In this document: positions 25,545 to 37,654 of the stretch, piece after piece
Layout of the letters: the number at the start of each line of letters is the position of its first letter
Position numbering within the stretch: the stretch's first letter is position 1
From: Balanoglossus misakiensis
Taxonomy: Eukaryota > Animalia > Hemichordata
Assembly (NCBI GenBank): GCA_040954595.2
Contig: CM082586.2
Location: forward strand, 7,037,337-7,101,336
DNA length: 64,000 nt
Direction of reading: 5' to 3'
Notes under the pieces: model-generated
The model's input: the letters and a program-made list of their open reading frames with translations, nothing else
Databases searched by the model: none
What the model was told of the DNA's origin: nothing
Made by a program: the position numbers and the translations under genes

Positions 25545-26834
25545 TCATTTAATCACTAGATTCAGTAAGAGGTAAGATTTAAGCAGCTCCGGCAGCGGCA
25601 AAAGTCCAATACTGCGATGACAGTTTTTCCCGAGTCGCCTCCGTATGGCGCAGCGGCACAGGTGACGTAAGGTCCTCGGGCTGTCGCCTAGCGACAAAAG
25701 TTGCTCAAACAGTATCATTTGCATGTGCGTCCAGTCTTCGGACCACTGCTCCGCTTCCATGGTGATGATGCTGTACAAGTCGATGTAGTCCTGCGAGTTG
25801 ATGAGCATGCGCAACGCGGGGGAAAACTTCACGACGTTCCTGTGTCGGAGGATGGGCAAGAGGAGTTGCGCGTCAAACGTCGTCATGGTAGCGCCGTAGT
25901 TCAAGAGGGTCTGAACGCACTGCGTCACTCTGCTGGGGCGCTTTTCGTATTCGCTTTGCGACATCACGTTCGGAAGTTTTCTAATGAACAGATCCAACGC
26001 CGTGTTGCCATGGCAATTGTACAGATTGATGTGCCGGGTTTTGTCTGCCAGGAAGTGGACGATTCCAACGTGTCCCTGTTTGCAGGCGTGGTGCAGCGCG
26101 GTGTCGTCCGCCCTAGTAACGGCGTTGGGATTGGCTCCGTGGATGTACAGTAGCTGTACCACGCCCAAAAGACCGTAATCTGCGGCGATCACGAGCGCTG
26201 TCCGACCGAGGTTATCCTTGATGTTCAGTTTCGGTCTGTATTTTAGAAGAGTCGTAACATACTGCAGATCGGCGTCTCTTTCTGTGATCACGGCAAGGTG
26301 AAGGGGCGTCAACTGCCTGCCGTTTCTCTTGTTGATTTCCGCCCCCTTCTGCAGGAACGTCTCCAATATTCGAAAGTCCAATTTGAACTCCATGGTCAGA
26401 TGCAGCAGCGAGCCGTAGTAACGTTCGTTTCCTAGCAACGGGTCGGCACCCGCATCCAGCAGCAGCTTCACACACGTCACGTAGTCTTCGGCCTTCTCGC
26501 GTTCCGTGCGAGAGCTGCGCAAGGCCAGGTAGAGCGGCTGGTACATGTACCGATTGGATTTGGCCACTTCGAAGTTGACCACCGCCCTGTTGTCCAGCAA
26601 GACCGCCACAGCGCCACAACTCCCGCAGACCGCGGACAGTTGCAGCGGGGTCAAGAACTCGAAGCCTCCAAAGTTGGCCTTGTACGGAGGCCCCAGCGCA
26701 TCGCAGTGCAAGAGTACATTGGACGCCATTTTGTCTTCTTTCATCAGTCGCTTCAGCGCCTGGACGTCATTGTCGGAGCAGGCCCTGATAATCTCGGCTT
26801 GGACGGATAAGGGCAGCGGATCACGACATCTCAT
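25545..26834 (-). CDS. Second ankyrin repeat and SOCS box protein (ASB-like), single coding exon
   Basis: Ankyrin repeats (TPLHLA, GRTALVIA, TALHHAC) and SOCS box PRTLRHLCRCAIRRRLG..LPLPELLKSYL. Confidence 0.9.
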   Translation of the reverse strand: MRCRDPLPLSVQAEIIRACSDNDVQALKRLMKEDKMASNVLLHCDALGPPYKANFGGFEFLTPLQLSAVCGSCGAVAVLLDNRAVVNFEVAKSNRYMYQPLYLALRSSRTEREKAEDYVTCVKLLLDAGADPLLGNERYYGSLLHLTMEFKLDFRILETFLQKGAEINKRNGRQLTPLHLAVITERDADLQYVTTLLKYRPKLNIKDNLGRTALVIAADYGLLGVVQLLYIHGANPNAVTRADDTALHHACKQGHVGIVHFLADKTRHINLYNCHGNTALDLFIRKLPNVMSQSEYEKRPSRVTQCVQTLLNYGATMTTFDAQLLLPILRHRNVVKFSPALRMLINSQDYIDLYSIITMEAEQWSEDWTHMQMILFEQLLSLGDSPRTLRHLCRCAIRRRLGKNCHRSIGLLPLPELLKSYLLLNLVIK

Positions 26835-28957
26835 TATGAAGACCAACTTGCGAGAAAGAAGATAAAAAATGTACGCTGAGTCACTAGATAAAAGGGACTT
26901 ACATAGCCAATCGTCTTAATGTGTGGTTGTCGAGTGATTGGTCTGTCGTCTTCGTGCATGCTCTTCCAAAATACAAACCACGTAACCGTGTACAAACCAA
27001 ACTAAGATAGGACAAACTACACGCTGGCTTACTTGCAATAGTTTTATAAGACGACGGGGACATGACCAGAAGTATATGCGAAGCCTTAACACCTCAATCT
27101 TTATTTCAAATGTCCACGGCGTTTACCAAGCCTCTCCTTGTCCCAGCCAAAAAGTTGCAATGAGTTTCAGACAGGTCAATTTGCAAGTCATAGTTGCAAT
27201 AAAATTATATACATGTAGTAATTGTACTTCGTGGTATTGCGAAGGAACAGAGAATACTGATAGACTGACATTTGAATGGTGTAGCACCTCGTTCTACTGT
27301 CACCATAGCGACCTTTGGGGGGATATCTTTAATTTCTCTGACATCTACACGTTGAACAATTCGTGTTAGATGCACGTCTGTCGAAAGGAACACTGTCCAG
27401 GAAGCCTAACGATTTACTCTAAAGACAGCACGTAGATGCCGAATATCAAAACAAACAGCGTAAAATTTATGTCAGTGAGAGTAACACGAGAAACGGCCGA
27501 TGAGCACTACTCAGTAATCTGACAGCGTGCGAAAAAAAATCCACATGGCACTTCCTCTACTAACTCAATGACATTCACAAGCACGACCTTGGCGTTTGCC
27601 TTTCCTAGACTTTGAAATTCTCTCAACTTCTCGCTTTGACCTGACAACGAGATGTCATTTTCACCCGAGGACATTTTTCTGACGCTCGACCAACTTAATC
27701 CGTTGGGTGGTCTTATAGAAGGCATGACTGTATCTAAATTGTTTGGTAGGTTAGGTATACTTTCTGTGTACGCGTATCGCCTCAATGGCTTACGTGCGTG
27801 ACTCGCTGAACGAGATCCCTGAGACTATATGCACGATGCCCGTCCACTATTCACCGTGGCTGCAGGTATACGTGTCCCGCTCAAAATGAGGAAGTTACAA
27901 TTTTTGAATGAACCGTCAAACACGAGAAACTTTAAAATGTTTGACAGAGCACTTACCAAAATGGCGTCGAGACGGTCCGTGCCCCTGCAGTGGAAGGTCA
28001 CACCTCGAGTTTCTATGAGAGCTGATATCCCAACTATGTATTGTGGTATGCAGTCGCCGTAACGCAGCGATAGGCCGTTGAAGACGCGTGCGCCAAGATC
28101 ACATTTATGACTTTCTGATCCCATAAAATGACGAATTTATTTTTAAAAATCAACAAAGTCTGGATAATTTCCCGAAATTTGAGCTTTAATTAAATAATAT
28201 CAAAAACTACTCTCTTTCCGCACAATACGCACGGCGTGTTTCTCCCGTCCAAAAAAGTCTTGACACGACAGCAATAAACAAGTGAGCGTCCATTCGGGTT
28301 TGAGAACGTCTCATGAAATGGTAAACCAGGATACTGTTCTACGAGATGTCAAGAAAAACGTGGACGAATACCATATTCACTATTTTATTGTACAAAATAT
28401 GCGTCCCAAATCGCACGAATACGCGAGACGCATTACTGGCCGCTTCATCGGACGCGTGGCACGCGCACCCACAACAGAATCTGGCAAAAGGTGGATGCGC
28501 TTGTCAACTTATGTTATCAACTTCACAACGAGGTCAAAGCGGCTGTGAAATTCTTGCCAACGATTGGCGTCTTGACAAGTTAGCCGCATTCTTTTGCAAG
28601 GTGACACAGGTGGTGATTATAGCGCACGACTGTCGTGTTTACCAATTGAACAGTTTTCGGTGAAATGCTGCATGCTGCCAGCCCCCCTAATAGAAACACA
28701 AACAAAAGCTTGACCAAACCGCACAAGCTGTGGCATAATTGGTCGACTTCTGACCTCGTGTCTGACTAATCCTCTTGATTTCAGGAAGTATTATTTTGTG
28801 GAAAGAAAATGTCAGAAATTTGGCAGCCCGGCCATGGGGCTCTAAAAGTTGTACATATCCCCATAGCCTGGCCTCCAACCTTCAACCACGTGGGATAACA
28901 ACACACACACCCTGCCACGCAGAGAAATGTACATGATCATGGTGTCAATTTCATTAA

Positions 28958-29145
28958 AGGTATACGGTCACCTCCAATTTACATACGCCCATATATGTCA
29001 AAAATGGCGTATTTTAGTTCTAAAGAACATACATGTATGGTGGCGCCCTTTTTTCGCGTGTGCCACCCCCTGAAAATCTGTGATTGGCTAGATCTCAATT
29101 TGCCATGGTAACTCTAGCTATATTTGCATAGGTGACCGTATACCT
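28958..29145. mobile_element. MITE family A copy with perfect TIRs
   Basis: ttaa|AGGTATACGGTCACCT...AGGTGACCGTATACCT|ttaa. Confidence 0.9.
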
Positions 29146-30164
29146 TTAACTGCACCTCTAAGATTCTGTTACTGACGCGAATATCGTACAATTTTTTTCT
29201 CGGATTCTCTGAGTACTTCGGCGTTGAATAACAACTAAATAAACACTGCATTATGTTTTGTAATATCAATATTTCACTGCTGGATGTCAACATAACTATC
29301 CGTGTCGACGCCATTGTCTTACAAATCACCACACAGTTGTTACCTACAGTCGCAGACAATGAATTTACAAACATACAACGTGTCCCTCCATTCAGCAAAT
29401 CTCGCCTGCTTTCATTGGACAGAAATATAATTTCATGCAGTTATTTTATAATCCAAGAAGTTATGTCACGACATGATGTCATATAATGACAACTGAATTG
29501 AGAAAAATAGACACTGACACACATTATTGAAAGAAAAAAATCGAAAAAATTGGGCAATCGACGGCAATCTTCACATACGTTGACCCGATAGTGTTGTTAC
29601 TATGGTAATGACCTACAACATCATCCACGTATAGTTCACTATCTTTGTGTTGGCACGAGACATGTTTTTTTTTCAGCACACAATCTTTTATACATTTCAT
29701 GCGTACTTCTCTGCTTACCGCATTAAAAATTGTCGACTCGTGTTATGGTCGAATTTTGATTAATTCCACAAATCGGTCGCCGGTGGAAATAACAGCTTGT
29801 AATAATGTTTGGATTGCAAAAATGATGTTTTATCGGTTTGGATGCAAATATGCAGGGTGACGGATTTTCGTCAAGTGGACAGACAGGTATTGCCGCTTTG
29901 CGGAGAGCGAAACACCGCGTTACTATGTTTTCTAGTGGAAATGACACGTTGCTGGCTGGCCAGTCTCTGCCCGTGGTTTTTCAATGGCCGACGTCCAATA
30001 TGTTACCAACAGCATTCAAAACTCCACGAAATTATCAAAATAATCCTGTAATCTATGCAAAGCCCCCACAGATGCTTCCAATGCAAATTTACTTTAATAT
30101 TTTATAGTGTTTGGTTGCATTTTCCGTCTCGCGTTCTTGTCACGGTGGCGACTACAGCGAGGGT

Positions 30165-31259
30165 ATGGCCAACGTTGGACAAATCGCGATGTCTTGGGGT
30201 CGTTTCGCCGTGTTTTCTCTCTCGCTCCACCTCCTGGTGACTTCTGCTGTCGGCTTCAACGAGTTCGAACTGCTGCAGCCGAAGTACGACCCTGTATCGG
30301 ACGACGCGCGGTACGACATCGACGCCTACGTGAAGTCAAAGTTCGCCAAGTCGTGCTACGAGGCCAAACCCGGCGACTTGACGGAGAGACTTCTGCGCAG
30401 TACGCCCGATCTGAAGGAACGAGACTGCGCCCAGCGACTCCCCCAGGCCATCATCATCGGCGTGCGGAAATGTTTCTCCGGCAGACTGTTGCAGTTTTTG
30501 CGCTTTCACCCGTCGGTGGAGATGCGGTCGGATTTGGTTCCGCTCGATCTCTTCAGCGGCGCCTATGACAACACTTTAGAGCTGTACCGCAAGCAGATGC
30601 CGTTCACCACCAAGCGACAGATGACCATCGAGAAGACCCCGGAGTTCTTCATCGTCCCGCACGACGTGCCCAAAATCACGCACGACCTCATCGACCCCAA
30701 CATGAAGATCATCGCCGTGGTCTGCGACCCGGTCCGCCGAGCCATTGCCGACTACGTCCGAGTGAAATCCGACCGGGAGCCGACATACGGCGGACTGATC
30801 GGCAACACCTTCGAGGAGACTGTCCTGCAGGCCGAGCGCGAGGGCCACGTCAATCATCTGAACGCGCTGATCGACAGCGGCCTCTACTTCAAACACTTCC
30901 TCCGGTGGCTGCACTACTTCCCGCAGGAGCAGATGTACCTGCTGGACACCAAGCTCCTCACCGTCGACCCCGCCAAGGAACTCAAGAAGCTGGAAGACTT
31001 CCTCGGCCTGCCGCCCTACTTCCAGGAGTCGCACTTCGCCGTCGACGAGAAGGGCGGCCACTACTGCATCGTCTTCCCGCAGAAGGTCTGCTTGCAAGGA
31101 TCCGCCAAGAAGCAGCCCAAGAAGCCAAGCGTAGACGACGGCACCTTGAAGACCCTGTACGAGTTCTTTGCACCGTATGACCGCTCCCTGTCCGACGCCT
31201 TCGGACAAAAACTCACCTGGACAGACAACAAGTACAACGACGACTGGTCAAATAATTAA
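30165..31259 (+). CDS. Heparan sulfate 3-O-sulfotransferase-like protein 1 (divergent; signal-peptide type)
   Basis: LPQAIIIGVRK, HP, YRKQMP, EKTP, DPVRRAIADY, GLY..WL.YFP, LEDFLGL, C..C, LYEFFAPY. Hydrophobic N-terminus. No intron in the CDS. Confidence 0.9.
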   Translation: MANVGQIAMSWGRFAVFSLSLHLLVTSAVGFNEFELLQPKYDPVSDDARYDIDAYVKSKFAKSCYEAKPGDLTERLLRSTPDLKERDCAQRLPQAIIIGVRKCFSGRLLQFLRFHPSVEMRSDLVPLDLFSGAYDNTLELYRKQMPFTTKRQMTIEKTPEFFIVPHDVPKITHDLIDPNMKIIAVVCDPVRRAIADYVRVKSDREPTYGGLIGNTFEETVLQAEREGHVNHLNALIDSGLYFKHFLRWLHYFPQEQMYLLDTKLLTVDPAKELKKLEDFLGLPPYFQESHFAVDEKGGHYCIVFPQKVCLQGSAKKQPKKPSVDDGTLKTLYEFFAPYDRSLSDAFGQKLTWTDNKYNDDWSNN

Positions 31260-33410
31260 CTCTTTTTGTATCCAAGTGCAATTAGTTTATGAACAGGCCT
31301 ATGGACAATACTCTTCATTAGAAATGTTCAACGTGAATTTCAATATACCGTTCATTTTCCTTCAAGCTGTAAATACCTTACTTTCTGACCAAAACAGAAT
31401 TTGCATATCGCTTTAAACAACAATACTAATCATTTTGCCAAACTACCTGTTGATCTCACAGTGGAGGATTTGAATATCGGACAAATAAATAAAAAATTCG
31501 TTGAATCCATCGATTCACACATACTCGTACACTACGAAGCGCACCAAAGGACGCACTATTTGGTCTGAAATGCCGGATTCATGGACTTATATTCTTCGGT
31601 GCTTATTTTTCATCACTTGGTATAGTTGGTGCTGAAGCGATCTTAAAGTTGCTGGAACTCATCTTCGGGAGAAAGTATGATTCGTGGTGTCTAACGGCGT
31701 CTGCCTCACTGTTATAAAATATCATGCATGCGATATATTGCACTGAGTAAAAAATCTTCGAAATTAATAATATAATTGATATACATATAAACTTATAGCA
31801 TTTGTATGTGACTGGCTAACAAGAGTTTTCCTGAATTTATCATCGCAGTGGTGGAATATTTACTTTACGTGTACGTTTTCTGCATTCCTTGTCACTACAT
31901 AAAGTTTATACCGGGTACCGGAAAATGAAATCGTTTATTGCGTGAATTATTACGTCAAATTACAAATTATTACGTCGCACACTGGGACCACGTGCGTGCG
32001 TGCGTGCGTATAAGTAGGCCTAGGCCTATGTATGTATGTATGGATGTATTTATGTATTTATGTACGTATGTAGACATGCGTTTGTCTGTAGAAGAATGTC
32101 TATGAATATAAGGCAGCAAACACGAACGCCATATGGACATTTGTGTGGTTTGTCAACAACTTTGTTCGGATTAATCTGGCAAGCCACTCGACACACAAAT
32201 GAACCCGCACAAATTTAACTGAACTCTGTCGTCAACATTACATCATGACCTCCGACATGTCGATTTTGTGACTGTAGTAGAATGTGGCACAGATTGCATG
32301 AAGCGACTCGTATGCCTGGTGGGCTCATCAAGAAAGGATTACTATATGTTGGAATTAAAGCCCCCACAATATATATTTCACAAATTACCTTTCAATACTG
32401 CAGTGTCTGTATCTGAGTGTACATGGCGGCCATTTTGTTTTATTTTCCCCGTCGAGCATGCGCATAAAACGAAGATTCAAGTGAAGTTGATTAGGATGTG
32501 TATGTGGACGTGGCGGCCATATTTGGGGTGCACCCAATTATTATACCTGCATTCCCACACTCAGAATTACCCATGCACTAGTTATTCAACTCTAATAAAA
32601 ACATAAATATAAATCTCTTGGTGTGTATAATTAGATGACATAACCCCAGTTTAAAATAAAACCATGAAAATAAAAAAAAGAAACCGCAACGAGTCTTTTG
32701 TTACGCGTAGGTGGTGTACAACTGACACCAGTGACTATTATTCGTAATCCACAAAATCAGACGAAGTGGCTGTATCGACCCGGAAAGATTAAAAAATTAT
32801 CCGCATATTGTAAAAGTATTTGCTTCAGTCTGTGCACAAATCCCTAAACGGGAACTGTCAGAGCTGTAAGTTTTAATTAAGGCATCGTGTAATTATCAGC
32901 ATTCCAAACATATTTAATTTAAAACAAATATTTAATAAATACATTTGAAATCGGAATAATAGGTCAACGTGTGTCCACCTGTGTGAAATGTACCTTCTAT
33001 AAATTATTCCTCGTGGTTTTGTTAATCGCGAATTTAAACTGGTCATGTTTGTGATTACTGGACTGCATGGTTCGTTTGAATTTTCAACCATCAATGATGG
33101 TTACACTCACACTGAGTTGTGCTGTGATTTTAGTGCTTGCTCGTGTCATTATTTCTGATAGATAGTATATGAGAATTGGTTCAACTAGGATACATTTTGT
33201 GACGTAGACCGTCGCAGCTGACGACATGATAAGTGTAAACCTTTGCAGCGACAAGCTGTTACAGACAGATTACCGCCGAACACAATGTATGAAAAAAAAT
33301 CATCTGAAGAGATTTGAATATGACGAGGGGTACTGTCCGCAATTCTGCCGGGTAGGGTCTTTCGTTCTCTGCGCGGTCGGCTGGAACACGGTGCGGTGGA
33401 GAGAAAAAAA

Positions 33411-34583
33411 ATGACACTTCGTCGCAGAGTCCCCCACTCGTTCTTCCGAAGACACGGCATAGAAGTCGTCATTTTGCTGGTGTGCTGCGGACTTTGGATA
33501 GTCTACATATCCGTCCACGAACCGCACATAAAAAGTTCGGTTCTCAGCAGTTTGGGATGGGCGCCGGAGAGCATGCGAAGCAAAGTGCCGCCGATCAGGG
33601 CCACTGCCCGGTACGACGTGGACGAGTACATCCACGCCAAGTTTGACAACTCCTGCTACGTCGCGAACCGCGACGACCTCAGCCAGAGGCAGCTGGTCGA
33701 CAAGAAGGATCTGAAGAGACGGGACTGCCAGCAGCGTTTACCGCAAGCCATCCTCACCGGCGTGCGCAACTGCGGTCTCAGCCGCGTGCTGCAGTTCCTG
33801 AGGTTTCACCCCAACGTGGAGATGAGGGCCGACCTGGTGCCGCTCGAACTCTTCAGCGGCTCCTACGACAAGAACCTCGAGCTGTACCGCAAGCAGATGC
33901 CGTACACGACGGAGCGGCAGATGACCATCGAGAGAACGCCCGAGTACTTCGTCATACCCCACGACGTGCCAAAGCGAATCCACGACGAGATATCGCCACG
34001 TATTAAAATCATAGCCGTGCTGTGCGACCCTGTCAAGCGCTCCATATCAGAGTACGTGCAGGCCAAGGCAAAGGGCGAGCGGGAAAACCAGGACATGGCC
34101 GGGAAAACATTCGAGGAGACGGTCATAGAACAGGAAAAGTGGAAAAACGTGAACCACCTTAACGCCATCATCGACAGTAGCATTTACTTCAAACACTTCT
34201 TAAGGTGGCTGCACTACTTCCCCCAAGAACAGTTCCATCTCATAGACGGTAAGGACCTCCTTGAAAACCCCTCGGGGGCTTTGCAGCAACTCGAAGACTT
34301 CCTGGAGCTGCCGCGTTTCTTCGACGGCACGCACTTCGGCAGCGCCAAGAGTTTCGGCAGCCAACAGTGCCTAGTTTTCCCCCAGCAAGTCTGCATCAAG
34401 CCCAGAAAGTCCAAGCAACGCAAGCGGCCGAACGTCGACGACGACACCAAACAGAAACTGTACGAATTTTTCGCGCCTTATGATCGGTCGCTCTCTGATA
34501 TGTTCAAACGACCATTCTCTTGGTCCAATAAACTAGACGAAGAAGGAGATCTGGTAGACGATGATAGAAAAGTCGAGGAATAG
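33411..34583 (+). CDS. HS3ST-like protein 2 (divergent; type II membrane)
   Basis: N-terminal TM IEVVILLVCCGLWIVYI, then LPQAILTGVRN, ERTPEYF and DPVKRSISEY. Confidence 0.9.
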   Translation: MTLRRRVPHSFFRRHGIEVVILLVCCGLWIVYISVHEPHIKSSVLSSLGWAPESMRSKVPPIRATARYDVDEYIHAKFDNSCYVANRDDLSQRQLVDKKDLKRRDCQQRLPQAILTGVRNCGLSRVLQFLRFHPNVEMRADLVPLELFSGSYDKNLELYRKQMPYTTERQMTIERTPEYFVIPHDVPKRIHDEISPRIKIIAVLCDPVKRSISEYVQAKAKGERENQDMAGKTFEETVIEQEKWKNVNHLNAIIDSSIYFKHFLRWLHYFPQEQFHLIDGKDLLENPSGALQQLEDFLELPRFFDGTHFGSAKSFGSQQCLVFPQQVCIKPRKSKQRKRPNVDDDTKQKLYEFFAPYDRSLSDMFKRPFSWSNKLDEEGDLVDDDRKVEE

Positions 34584-36451
34584 CATGGTGTTACCAGTAT
34601 CTGTTTAGAAAGAAAACACTTCCTGTACACTACAAGTCTATACCATTTCTCTCACCTTTAATTGAAATTAATATTATGGAAAAAAATGTATAATGAACAA
34701 ATTCATTTTCATGGTGATTCCAGTAAGAACATATTGGAATTTCTGGTGGTGTTTCTGGTGTGGGTTATGTGTAACTGGAAGAAATATTGGCGCTTTTTAT
34801 TGAATTTGTCAAAACATCAAATTTACTACAACACACTAGTCATGTGAACACGGTGTACATAATTATGCAGCAGTTCACCTTCTTCAACCAATATGGCCGC
34901 CAATGACGTCATCACGGACATCATGATTTATGAAATCAAATAATACGGCCTGAAAGCATTTGTGGCGCTTAGCATATTGGGACGTGACCGTATCATGATA
35001 CAGTGATTTAGTTTCACCAGTGTTAGGATTTGATAAAACACAAACAACTTGATATTTATGGAACTTCAGTGATTGTGGGTGATATGCAAGAATTACTGGT
35101 ATTCTAGGTTGTTGTATGAATGAATTGTCCGAAAACAAACGTTGTCAGTAATTTTCACCCGTTTTGACGTCATTATTGATTGCGTGTAACAGCTTCGGCA
35201 GTTTTTTTATATGTAAAATAGATCAATATAGGCACAGATGCCGGTTAACGCTTTATATAGAATTTACATATATTCACTGTCGATCGTCAGAACCTGAGCA
35301 ACTTCACCAACCCGTCGACGAATCGTTTGATCAAAGTTCTTGGATTGGGTTTACTGAAATGGCAGAAGAAAAAAAGCACTCGCTGTCAGTAATGTACAGG
35401 GGTATTTGTAAAAATAAATACATCTATTAAAATTAAAATAAATGCATATAATCCCAAACAAACATGATGCTGTAAACACACACTGCAGATGAATCAACTA
35501 GCACAGTAGGTACAGTAGGAAAGGAAAACACACAAACGAAGGCGCTTCTGTGTGCTTGTGCGTTCCGTGAGTTTTTAGAGTGGTATTAGGCCTACTGCGA
35601 TATCCCACATAACGACCAAGAGTTTACTCTTTGTCAAATGAACAAGTCAGCTCCAGTATTAGCCAAATTGGCTACATGCAGCAAAAGCGCCACCACGGTA
35701 GAATTAGAAACAAGGAAACAGTTTGCAGTTTCTTAGTAGGCTTCACGTTTTCTTGAATTTAGCCAAGAAGCCTCTGTCACGTGTTCTACCCCGCGTTGAA
35801 GAAAAACGACGCATGTACAGGTAACAAACGCCCTAGCTCACTTCGCGTGTCACAGATCAGTCACCATGGTCACCATGCCTGGCAACAGATTGGACTCACC
35901 AGGTTCATCATTTGTGTTCTGCAGAACGATTTATGAAAGCACTTGTAGTGACGTAAGAATTCGTATCATGGCCGAGAAGTCGTTCATTCCGATTGACATG
36001 GGAATGATGTCTAACTAAGGAATATACATTTTTGATAAATGAATATCAATAAGGCCCAAGGAATGCGTAAACAAGCGAAGCTAAATTGTACATTTTGGTG
36101 TCATCTGGAAAATTAATTTAGTTTGTGGACAGAACGCATCATCAGATTTCCGACGAGGGCTACATGTTGAACGTATAATAAGCTTAGATTGTTGACGCCG
36201 ATTGTCTGTTGTATTGACTAGAGCGAATTATTATTAATCGGGCAATGAACCAGACAGGTAAAATACCTATACTCCGATTAAATATTTCGTTACACCGAAG
36301 AGAAACGACAAACTTTATATATGAGGCCAGATTTGGTCAGAGCAGCTGACGCCAATAGTTTATCGTTTGTTATTAATACACGTGGAGGTGTCCATTGTGC
36401 AGTTCATATACCAGTAATTAGTGAGTAGATTTTCGAATTTTACTTCGCATT

Positions 36452-37654
36452 ATGTTCTTAAAAAGACTTAACATCTGTCATTTTCTGCGAGTCCATTCCC
36501 TGGAAGTCATAGTCGTGCTGTTCTGTGCGTCGCTATGGGGCGTGTATCTGGCGGAGAGCTACTGGAAATCGTACCACCAGAAACAGAAGCTGGAGGAATC
36601 GTTGTCGCTCTCCCGCGAGAGGTTCCTGAAAGAGCTGGAGAGACAGTCCCGCTACCAGGCTGTGCCGTACGAGGCCAGGCATGACGTGGAGGCCTACATC
36701 GAAGCCAAGTTCAACCGCTCGTGTTACCAGCCCGACCCGACGGACTTGAGCCTGCGCGTTCTGCTTGCCGGGGACGAGTTGGAGAGGAGGGGCTGCAAGC
36801 AGAAGCTGCCGCAGGCCATCACCATCGGCGGCAGAAAATGCGGTTCGGCAAATATCTTGCAGTTCCTGCGTTTCCACCCCGCCATCGAAATGCGAACGTC
36901 GCTGCTCCCGCTCGACTACTTCAGCGGTTCCTACAAGTCCGGGCTCGGGTTGTACAGGAAACAAATGCCTTACACGACGGACAAGCAGATGACGATCGAG
37001 AAGACGCCGGAGTTCTTCGTCGTGCCGTACGATGCGCCGAAGAAAGTGTACGAGGACATCGGACCCCGTACAAAAATCATAGCGGTCGTCTGCGACCCCG
37101 TCAAACGCATCATCACCGACTACGTCAACCTGGTGAAGCGAGATAAAAATCCTGAAGAAATAGAACAATACCTGTCCAAGTCTCTGGAAAACACCATCAT
37201 GACCCGCCCCGGTAAAATCAACCACCTGAACGCCCTCGTCGACGGGAGTTTGTACTTCAAGCACTTCATGCGCTGGCTGCACCTCTTCCCACTGGACCAG
37301 ATCTTTCTCATCGACGCCGAAGTCATCAAAAAGCACCCGTCCCGAGAGCTGCAGCGACTGGAAAATTTCCTGGGCATCGCGCCTTTCTTCGAAGACACCC
37401 ATTTTGTTTTCGACGAACAACACGGCAAGTACTGCCTGAGTTTTCCGCAGAATTTGTGCGTGAAAAGTAAAAGTAAACAAAAGGTCAAAGGGAAGACGTC
37501 GATCAAGGAACAGGAGAAAGCCTTGAACTTGAAGAAAGAAGTGCCCGAACAACTGAAAGCACAACTTTACGATTATTTCGAACCGTACGACCAGATGTTG
37601 GCAGAAAAATTCAATCAAAGTTTATCGTGGAGGCAAAACAAGGGATTAGTATAG
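36452..37654 (+). CDS. HS3ST-like protein 3 (divergent; type II membrane)
   Basis: TM LEVIVVLFCASLWGVYL, then LPQAITIGGRK, EKTPEFF and DPVKRIITDY. Confidence 0.9.
   Translation: MFLKRLNICHFLRVHSLEVIVVLFCASLWGVYLAESYWKSYHQKQKLEESLSLSRERFLKELERQSRYQAVPYEARHDVEAYIEAKFNRSCYQPDPTDLSLRVLLAGDELERRGCKQKLPQAITIGGRKCGSANILQFLRFHPAIEMRTSLLPLDYFSGSYKSGLGLYRKQMPYTTDKQMTIEKTPEFFVVPYDAPKKVYEDIGPRTKIIAVVCDPVKRIITDYVNLVKRDKNPEEIEQYLSKSLENTIMTRPGKINHLNALVDGSLYFKHFMRWLHLFPLDQIFLIDAEVIKKHPSRELQRLENFLGIAPFFEDTHFVFDEQHGKYCLSFPQNLCVKSKSKQKVKGKTSIKEQEKALNLKKEVPEQLKAQLYDYFEPYDQMLAEKFNQSLSWRQNKGLV

Noticed and set aside
27000-30100. Numerous short ORFs between the ASB and HS3ST-like genes
   Set aside because: No domain similarity or consistent exon chain was found. 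They are probably regulatory, UTR or repeat-derived sequence.
36533-37618. 361-aa antisense ORF (likewise 30576-31208, 24301-24756, 25701-26153)
   Set aside because: These are shadow ORFs opposite codon-biased real genes and have no recognisable domain.
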